From: Gemmatimonadota bacterium
GTDB lineage: Bacteria > Gemmatimonadota > Gemmatimonadetes > Palauibacterales > Palauibacteraceae
Assembly: GCA_965116475.1 (NCBI GenBank)
Contig: OZ220691.1
Span: 1,280,001-1,344,000, forward strand
DNA: 64,000 bases
Direction: 5' to 3'
Under the pieces are notes generated by a model. That model made no database searches, had not been told where the DNA came from, and was given only the letters and a program-made list of their open reading frames with translations. Shown here piece by piece: positions 57,509 through 64,000 of the stretch (position 1 is its first letter; every line of letters starts with the position of its first letter). The position numbers were made by a program, and so were the translations under genes.

Positions 57509-59133
57509 GGGATCGGACTCGGGCTCGGTTTAGTGAGGGAAAGCACGCGTGCGCAAGTAGCCGCAGCCGCGTTCGCCAGTTGCCGATCTTCGATGCTATC
57601 GTAGATGCTATCGTAGGCGTAGTACTCGTCAACCGTCTCGCCCCTCTCATGCAGAAACAGTCCCTCGACGTTAGCGGGGTAGCCGAACGCACAGAAGACA
57701 TGTAGACCATGTAACTCTCCGTCGACGTAGGTAACCTGAACGACGCGTTGCTGCCCGTCGGGCGTCAGCCGCCCGAGCCACGACACCTGATCGCCGTGCC
57801 GTTTGCCGTCCACGTAGGGCCTTCGCTGCACGTCTCCATCGGCCTCCCAGACGGTCCAGATGCCGTGCCGTTTGCCGTCCACGAAGGGCCCTTGCTCCTC
57901 CTGGCCATCGGCGGCTCGGATGGTCCAATTGCCGTGCACGTTGCCGTCCACGTAAGGACCTTTGGAAACGGTGCCACTGGCATACCGGATGGTCCAGTCG
58001 CCGTGCCGTTTGCCGTCCACGTAGGGCCCTTGGTCCTCCCTGCCATCGGCGTGCCGGATGGTCCAATTGCCGTGCATCTTGCCGTCCACATAGGGACCTC
58101 GCAACGCGACTCCATCGGCACGCTGGATGGTCCAATTGCCGTGCGGCTTGCCGTCCACGTAGTGCCCTTCGGTAAAGCCGACTCCGTCAGAAGAGACTAG
58201 CCTCCAATCGCCGTGCTGTTTGCCGTCCACGTAGGGCCCTTGTGCACGGTCTCCGCTGGCATACTGGATGGTCCAGTTGCCGTGCATTTTGCCATCCACA
58301 AACGTTCCCTCCCAAATGTCCTCCCAAATGTGCTCATCATAGCTATAGCGCCGCCGAAGCGTGCCGCCGCCCTGTGCGTAGCCGCCCGAACATTCGCCGC
58401 TCCAAGTTGCGATCTCACTAACAGAGTTGACCCACAGGTAGCACCCCGGTTGGTCAGACATTTCCATGAAGCACGCGGTGCCCTCCGGCTTCCCCGCACA
58501 TGTCTCAGAAGGGTTCACGGGGGCTGGGGCGGCCGTCGGGGCGGATGCATTGGCAGGTCGTGGCGTGGACGGCGAGGGCCTCGTTTCCGTTCTCACCGCC
58601 GGAGGTCCGGTCGGCGTGGCCGCGAAGTCGTAATCGACGCTCCAGGTGTTGAAGCGTGGTTCGTGCCCGCGGAACATCAGCAGGTACACGGTCCTCGTCA
58701 GCGTTTCGCCCGGCAGGGTAGGGTTGCCGCCGCCGCTGCGCTGTATGGTGCCGTACCAGTCCCCCCACTCGACGTGGCCGGGGATTTGCCCGGCTTCCGG
58801 CCCGGTCCAGTTCGTGCACGGCGGGTGCTGGGCCGCGATGTCGTATTTCGCGATCAGATGATCCAGCGGCCTGCCGGACCCGTTGTGGACGGAGAGATCC
58901 AGTTGCCACACGTCGACGGGCTGGCCGTGGTTCGCCTTCTTGCGCTCGTACTCGGTCGGGGTCTCCACGTGCTCCAGGACGTTGCACGTCCCGGCCCCCC
59001 CGTACTGCAGGACGCGCGCGTTGCCGCGCAACTCGATCCCCTCCATCTCGAGGAGAGGCTGTGCATGAGCCGGCCCGGCCGCGAGCACGCACAGCGCCAC
59101 CGCCGCCAGCCCCGCGCGGTTCAATCGAATCAT
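57505..59133 (-). CDS. Secreted protein with MORN-like 23-aa repeats
   Basis: GGAGG RBS; signal peptide ending AHAQ; eight GPYVDGKxHGxWT repeats. Confidence 0.8.
   Translation of the reverse strand: MIRLNRAGLAAVALCVLAAGPAHAQPLLEMEGIELRGNARVLQYGGAGTCNVLEHVETPTEYERKKANHGQPVDVWQLDLSVHNGSGRPLDHLIAKYDIAAQHPPCTNWTGPEAGQIPGHVEWGDWYGTIQRSGGGNPTLPGETLTRTVYLLMFRGHEPRFNTWSVDYDFAATPTGPPAVRTETRPSPSTPRPANASAPTAAPAPVNPSETCAGKPEGTACFMEMSDQPGCYLWVNSVSEIATWSGECSGGYAQGGGTLRRRYSYDEHIWEDIWEGTFVDGKMHGNWTIQYASGDRAQGPYVDGKQHGDWRLVSSDGVGFTEGHYVDGKPHGNWTIQRADGVALRGPYVDGKMHGNWTIRHADGREDQGPYVDGKRHGDWTIRYASGTVSKGPYVDGNVHGNWTIRAADGQEEQGPFVDGKRHGIWTVWEADGDVQRRPYVDGKRHGDQVSWLGRLTPDGQQRVVQVTYVDGELHGLHVFCAFGYPANVEGLFLHERGETVDEYYAYDSIYDSIEDRQLANAAAATCARVLSLTKPSPSPIP
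57780..58320. repeat. 69-bp tandem coding repeats x8
   Basis: TGCCRTCCAC anchor at 57804, 57873, 57942, 58011, 58080, 58149, 58221, 58290. Confidence 0.9.
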
Positions 59134-59229
59134 GGTACCTCCTCCGCAACCTTCGTCTGGTTCCGCGGAGCCCAGGTCCTCCGTGGCGACCACCGTCGAA
59201 CAGAAACATCGACGAACGGTCGGAGGGCG

Positions 59230-59252
59230 CGCAATTACTCAAATGGGGTAGT
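59230..59252 (-). promoter_or_regulatory. 23-bp conserved upstream box (identical to 55324-55346)
   Basis: CGCAATTACTCAAATGGGGTAGT. Confidence 0.75.
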
Positions 59253-59318
59253 CGAAGGCGGGGGAGGAGGTGATATAGTCAATGGCGGCCGAAGGAGTGA
59301 CACATTCGGCGGGGGGGA

Positions 59319-59391
59319 TGGAGCCGATCGGATTCGAACCGACGACCTCCTGCTTGCAAAGCAGGCGCTCTCCCAACTGAGCTACGGCCCC
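59319..59391 (-). tRNA. tRNA-Ala (UGC), CCA not encoded
   Basis: GGGGCCGTAGCTCAGTTGGGAGAGCGCCTGCTTTGCAAGCAGGAGGTCGTCGGTTCGAATCCGATCGGCTCCA; G3:U70 pair. Confidence 0.97.
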
Positions 59392-59572
59392 TCGAGGCGC
59401 GCGCGACACGGCGGCGTCCCGCGCGTGTGAAGGATGGGGCGAGCGCCCTCCGCTCGCCAGTTTCGGCGCCACCCCGTTTCGGTCGAGGCTGGCGGGAGTT
59501 GCGACGCCTCAAGCTCGGCGCCTACGCTCCCTTGAGGACTTGAGCAGCTCAACTCCCGGAAGGCCGGTGGCC

Positions 59573-60160
59573 ATGGCGGAATCTCGCAGGACGTTCCTGA
59601 AGCAGTCTGCCGCGACGGTGGCCGCCGTTTCCCTCACCGGTTGCGCTCGCGATGCCGCCGGCGGGCGCGCGACGGAGACCGACGGGGCCGAGACGCTGCG
59701 GGCCGTTGCCGACGTCGTTCTCCCGGACGAACTCGGCGAGGACGGCCGGGGACGCGCGGTGCGCGCCTTCGAGCGCTGGTCCGAGGCGCTGGAACCTGTG
59801 GCCGAACTGAGTCATCCGTATCTCGTCCCCGAGATCCGGTACTCGGGCCCGGATCCGAGGCCGGGATGGGCGGCGCAACTGGAGGGCCTCGAGAAGGAGT
59901 GCGAGAGCCGCCACGGCGTGTCTCTCTCCGATCTCGACGTGTCCGCCCGCCGAGAACTCCTCGCGCGGCCGCTCGCGGACGCCGGGCCAGGCCTTGGGGC
60001 GCCGCAGAATGCGGACCACGTGGCGCTGGCCCTGATGGCCCACTTCTTCGGCTCCGCGATCGCGACGGATCTCTGCTACGGGCGGGCGATTCGGAGGGAG
60101 CTCTGCCGCTCGATCGAGGGGGCCGAGGACGAACCCGCGCCGCTGGGAGCCGCACCGTGA
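59573..60160 (+). CDS. Tat-signal small subunit (gluconate 2-dehydrogenase subunit 3-like)
   Basis: SRRTFLK twin-arginine; coupled to GMC gene. Confidence 0.65.
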   Translation: MAESRRTFLKQSAATVAAVSLTGCARDAAGGRATETDGAETLRAVADVVLPDELGEDGRGRAVRAFERWSEALEPVAELSHPYLVPEIRYSGPDPRPGWAAQLEGLEKECESRHGVSLSDLDVSARRELLARPLADAGPGLGAPQNADHVALALMAHFFGSAIATDLCYGRAIRRELCRSIEGAEDEPAPLGAAP

Positions 60161-61788
60161 GCCGCCCACGCAGCCCCGCGGTCGGGCGGGCGGCGCGACG
60201 CGTGGTCGAGAGCGACGTCTGCATCATCGGCGGCGGGATCACGGCCGCCATGGTGGCCGAGCGGCTCGCCGAGCGGACCGGCGCCTCGATCACCGTCGTC
60301 GAGGCCGGCGGACGGACGGCATCTCTCGAGGAACGGTCGGACACCCGGGCGCGGATGCTGGCCTACGGCGAGAACCCCTGGCCCAACGATGATATCCGCG
60401 GCCAGACGGGCACGGGCGCCATGTACAATTCGATGGTCGTGGGCGGCGCGGCGATGCACTGGGGCGGCGCGGTCCCGCGCTTTTCCCCGGAGGACTTCCG
60501 CCTGCGGTCGCTGTACGGGGTCGCGTCCGACTGGCCCATCTCCTTCGACGACATCGAGCCGTACTACCAGGAGGCGGAGGAGCGCATCGGCGTGGCGGGC
60601 GAACAGGGTCCCCCGGAGTACGACCCCCGTTCGAAGCCCTACCCCATGCCGCCGCTCCCGCTCTCGTACAGCCTCGCGCGCATGCGCGAATGGACGGAGA
60701 AGACGGACATCCCCTTCTGGACGCAGCCCTGGGCGCGCAACACGGAGCCGTACCAGGGGCGGAACGTCTGCCGCCGCTGCGACACCTGCTCGGTCTGTCC
60801 CACGGGAGCCAAGTACACGCCCGACTTCGCCTTCGACCGGCTGTTGGCGGACGGGCGCATCGACCTCGTCACCCGCACGCTCGTCCGGCGCCTGAGCCTG
60901 GAGCCCGGTTCGGACCGGATCGCCGTCGCGGAAGCCGTCGACCGGGACGCGCCCGACGAGCCCGTCGAGTTCCGCGCGGGTACGTTCGTGATCGCCTCCG
61001 GCCACGCGTGGAGTTCCCACCTCCTCCTGCTCTCGGCGAACAGCCGCTTCCCGGACGGCCTCGCCAACCGCACCGGAAACGTGGGGCGGTACATGACGGG
61101 GCACTGGTACCTCAGCGGCTTCATCAACCTGCCGCTGCGGCTCTATCCCGGCATGTTCGTCTACAACAGCCTGCTGTCCCGCCGCTTCGCCAGCCCGGGA
61201 CCGCTGGACCGCTACGTGCGCCACGACCTGCGCCTGTGGGAGTCGAACGTCGGCCGCGCCCCGAGGCTCAAGGGCGAAGACGGCCAGCTTCTGTGGGGCG
61301 ACGAGATCATGGCCGACTGGAGGGCCCGCACGGAGTCCGAGTCCACCGCGCGGGTCCGCGCCTACTACGACCTGCTCCCGGACCGCGACAGCCGCCTCAC
61401 CCTCGACCCCGGAAAGACGAACGAACTGGGCGACCCGATGCCCCGGATCGACTACCGTCCCGCGCAGGAGAGCATCGACCTCCAGGACCACACGGTCGAG
61501 ACGATCTCGGGCCGTTTTGAGGAACTCGCGCGCGCGGCCGGAGGTTCCATGAGGAGCATCGGGCGGCCGTCCGAGCTGTGGGAGCACCCGGGCGGCGGCT
61601 GCCGGATGGGCGACGATCCGGCCTCGAGCGTCGTGGACCGCTGGGGCCGCACCCACGACCACGAGAACCTCTTCGTGGTGGGCGCGCCGGCCCTCGTCTC
61701 CGGCGGCTGCGCGAACGGGACGCTCACCTTCTGCGCCCTCTCCCTCATGTCCGCCGAAGAGATGCAGAGAGAACTCCCCTCGGCCTGA
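60157..61788 (+). CDS. GMC family oxidoreductase
   Basis: IIGGGITA, VGGAAMHWGG, DWPISFDDIEPYY, CRRCDTCSVCP, HPGGGCRMG, NGTLT. Confidence 0.92.
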   Translation: MSRPRSPAVGRAARRVVESDVCIIGGGITAAMVAERLAERTGASITVVEAGGRTASLEERSDTRARMLAYGENPWPNDDIRGQTGTGAMYNSMVVGGAAMHWGGAVPRFSPEDFRLRSLYGVASDWPISFDDIEPYYQEAEERIGVAGEQGPPEYDPRSKPYPMPPLPLSYSLARMREWTEKTDIPFWTQPWARNTEPYQGRNVCRRCDTCSVCPTGAKYTPDFAFDRLLADGRIDLVTRTLVRRLSLEPGSDRIAVAEAVDRDAPDEPVEFRAGTFVIASGHAWSSHLLLLSANSRFPDGLANRTGNVGRYMTGHWYLSGFINLPLRLYPGMFVYNSLLSRRFASPGPLDRYVRHDLRLWESNVGRAPRLKGEDGQLLWGDEIMADWRARTESESTARVRAYYDLLPDRDSRLTLDPGKTNELGDPMPRIDYRPAQESIDLQDHTVETISGRFEELARAAGGSMRSIGRPSELWEHPGGGCRMGDDPASSVVDRWGRTHDHENLFVVGAPALVSGGCANGTLTFCALSLMSAEEMQRELPSA

Positions 61789-61806
61789 CCCGGACGGCTG
61801 CACCCG

Positions 61807-63099
61807 TCACCGCAGGTCGAGGCGATGTGCTCTCCCGATCCGCCGGGCATCCCGTTCCTCGACACCCGCTTCGGACGCGAAACGCGGCCAGTTGGCGACC
61901 GCAGCGAGTACCCGGTCGGCGATGCGGCTCGCGGCGGGAGTCCTGAGCCCGGAAGTCTCCGCGAATCTCAGCAGGTCGGCGCGTTCGAAGCCATCGCGCT
62001 TGCCGGCCACGCTCATCTGGTGTCGGCCTGTCCATAGGCCCTGCGGGTTGTAGGCGTACGCCACGTCGTATGCCGGCGACAGTCGCCACGTCCCGCTGCG
62101 GTCCATCAGGAACGCGATGTTCTTCACGTGATCGTCCTGATTCCGCGCAACGACGTTGAAAACCGCCCGGCGATACTGTTCCTCGACCACCGCCATGCCG
62201 AGCCCGAGCTTCCGGATCGTCTCCACCGCCTGCTCGTACGCATACGCGTCCGGCAGGTTGTAGTCGAAGTGCCGCAGCGCCGCGAGCGACTGCATGTGGA
62301 TCTTCCGCCCCTCCGCGTCGCGGTCGAACCGGCGCGTCATGAAGTGGCTCCGCCCGCCTTCGTGATGCAGGCGGCATTCCGACATCTCGATCCCGGCTTC
62401 GCGGGCCATCAGGTGATAGGCGTACTCGATCCGCCCGTAGCCGAGCGGATCCGCGAGTTCCCGGTCGCGGTTGTCGGCGACGCCGTCGAATTTCAGGATC
62501 CAGTGCTCGAAGCCGGCCTCCGCGTCCAGCTGGCCGGACCGGAACTCGCGCGTCTCCGGATTCCAGGCGAGTACCGCCTTGGCCCGTGCGCCGCCCGCGG
62601 AGGTGCCCACGCGGAGGATGTCCTCGAGCGCTCCGCCGTCTCCGTTGCGTTCGAGCCTGCCCGCCAGTCGGCCCCGTTCGTCGAGAACCCGGTTGGCGAG
62701 ATCGACCAGTGGCGCGATCTCAACCGCGCCTCCGTTGCCGCGTCGTAGCGCCGGTTCGAACTCCAGCGCCCCGACGCCGCGCCTGCCGATGTAGCAGAGC
62801 CGGTCCACCGGATTGAAGTCCTCGAGACGGCGTCCGGTCTCCGCCAGCCAAACATCGATCAGCCGGTCACCGAAACTGTCCGGCAACGCGTCCGCAAGCA
62901 GGCCGGGCAAGCCCTTGAACGCCTCCCCGAGGCCGGGGAACGCATACGGAGTTTCGCGCACGGGCATCGCCATAGGGGAAACCTCGATGCCGGCTGACAA
63001 GAACGCGGGATCGTACTGGAACACGCCGATTCCCCGCCCGGCCTCCCACGACACCGCGCCGATCTGGCGGCCCCACAGGTTCACGCTGGCGTCAGTCAT
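61807..63099 (-). CDS. HipA family kinase toxin (second, different subfamily)
   Basis: LADALPDSFG, TSAGGARAK, ILKFD, RNQDDHVKN, LSPAYD. Confidence 0.92.
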   Translation of the reverse strand: MTDASVNLWGRQIGAVSWEAGRGIGVFQYDPAFLSAGIEVSPMAMPVRETPYAFPGLGEAFKGLPGLLADALPDSFGDRLIDVWLAETGRRLEDFNPVDRLCYIGRRGVGALEFEPALRRGNGGAVEIAPLVDLANRVLDERGRLAGRLERNGDGGALEDILRVGTSAGGARAKAVLAWNPETREFRSGQLDAEAGFEHWILKFDGVADNRDRELADPLGYGRIEYAYHLMAREAGIEMSECRLHHEGGRSHFMTRRFDRDAEGRKIHMQSLAALRHFDYNLPDAYAYEQAVETIRKLGLGMAVVEEQYRRAVFNVVARNQDDHVKNIAFLMDRSGTWRLSPAYDVAYAYNPQGLWTGRHQMSVAGKRDGFERADLLRFAETSGLRTPAASRIADRVLAAVANWPRFASEAGVEERDARRIGRAHRLDLR

Positions 63100-63455
63100 T
63101 CAGATTCGTCGGCCCACGACCAGGGACCTTCGGGCGGCGCGCCCTTCCTAGGGCGCGCGCGCTGCCGCTCCCTGCCGCCGGAGTCCACGCGCTCAATAGG
63201 TCGGACCTCTCGCGGTGGCACCGCGCTCAACAGACCCTCCCCCAAGCCAAGAGCAATTGCGACGCGCAGCAGGCTGTCCAGACCAGACGGTTGGCCGGCC
63301 TCGATGCGGCGCAGCGTGCGCAGTCCTACTCCCGCGTCTTCGGCCAGCGTCCGCTGCGTCACGTTCCTCGCAAGGCGCAGCTTCGCGAGGCGACGTCCCA
63401 TTTCGGTCCGCAGCGCACGGGAAGTCAGATTTTCATGCGTCACGCCAGCAGCCAA
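63096..63455 (-). CDS. XRE-family HTH antitoxin
   Basis: VTQRTLAEDAGVGLRTLRRIEAG; ATGA overlap with toxin. Confidence 0.85.
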   Translation of the reverse strand: MAAGVTHENLTSRALRTEMGRRLAKLRLARNVTQRTLAEDAGVGLRTLRRIEAGQPSGLDSLLRVAIALGLGEGLLSAVPPREVRPIERVDSGGRERQRARPRKGAPPEGPWSWADESE

Positions 63456-63525
63456 GATCAGCCCCTATACTCCGCAAACTTCCGTTAGTCCGAGTCTCAA
63501 GTTGCGGCTAGATCGATGGGATGTC

Positions 63526-63589
63526 AAGAGGCCATATATTGCCTTCTAACAACTTCTAATAAACTTATAAGGCCACATATCGCCTCTTA
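63526..63589. promoter_or_regulatory. Two AGGC-N8-GCCT operator-like palindromes
   Basis: AGGCCATATATTGCCT (63529) and AGGCCACATATCGCCT (63570) in an AT-rich stretch. Confidence 0.65.
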
Positions 63590-63656
63590 TTTTTGAAACA
63601 AACCCAACGGTGTCGTGATGGAGAAACCCTATCTTGGAAAGTAGCAGGAGCGTCGG

Positions 63657-64000
63657 CTACGGCCGCTTTTCTCCGGCGGTCAGGGGGAAGCGGAGGTAGT
63701 TCTCGCGGGGCGGGAGGCTGCAGACGGAGTGCGGGGTGAAGGCGCAGGGCGCGTTGTAGGCCCGGTTGAAGTCGATCGTCGTCCAGCCGTCGTCATCCGG
63801 GAAGGGGGCGCGCATGTAGCGGCCCGCCTGGTAGGTGTCGGTCACGGCGGTCGAATCCCACAGGCTGATGAAGTAGGAGCGGCTCGACGCGCCGGCGAAG
63901 GCCATGAGGCGGTGCTCCGCCCCGTCGACGCGGAAGACGAGATCTCCGGGCGCGGTGTTCTCGAGCGTCCCGCCCCTCACGTCGGCCAGCGAGACCGTGC
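63657..64000 (-). CDS. DUF1684 family protein, C-terminal part (runs off right edge)
   Basis: TYQAGRY, IDFNRAYNAPCAF, CSLPPRENYL..AGEK. Confidence 0.88.
   Translation of the reverse strand, partial: TVSLADVRGGTLENTAPGDLVFRVDGAEHRLMAFAGASSRSYFISLWDSTAVTDTYQAGRYMRAPFPDDDGWTTIDFNRAYNAPCAFTPHSVCSLPPRENYLRFPLTAGEKRP

Noticed and set aside
59281..59345. attL/attR duplication of the tRNA-Ala 3' end
   Set aside because: No second copy found by eye in the window and no integrase
1..64000. Complete DGR cassette (RT, Avd, template repeat)
   Set aside because: No RT-like ORF or AAC-rich copy of the variable repeat found on either strand by eye

Overview
GC-rich bacterial chromosomal window with about 45 CDSs and one tRNA-Ala(UGC). 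It is dominated by secreted peptidases and hydrolases (M20, M1, M24, S9, Zn-metalloprotease, serine hydrolase, three amidohydrolases) and by transporters. This gene style suggests Gemmatimonadota, possibly a marine or sponge-associated lineage (inference only). Accessory content includes four type II toxin-antitoxin modules, a NucS-like nuclease and a DUF222-HNH endonuclease. An ~10 kb mosaic next to the tRNA 3' end (49.3-59.3 kb) encodes a LuxR-type regulator and secreted Ig-like/GH113, MORN-like and FGE/C-type-lectin proteins. Best leads: (1) an exact 18-bp palindrome ACGTTCCCGCGGGAACGT inside the DUF222-HNH gene, just upstream of it and again 35 kb away, with tandem copies of the gene's own 3' end; (2) an FGE-fold lipoprotein whose 3' end looks like a diversity-generating retroelement variable repeat, with no RT or template repeat seen in the window; (3) a shared ACTACCCCATTTG box about 100-130 bp upstream of the LuxR gene and two secreted-protein genes; (4) a tandem double-YjbQ protein; (5) a yybP-ykoY-like structured leader before a membrane-fused spermidine-synthase-like gene. 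No CRISPR array, integrase, transposase or rRNA was seen. All family calls are by motif recognition, with no database searches.
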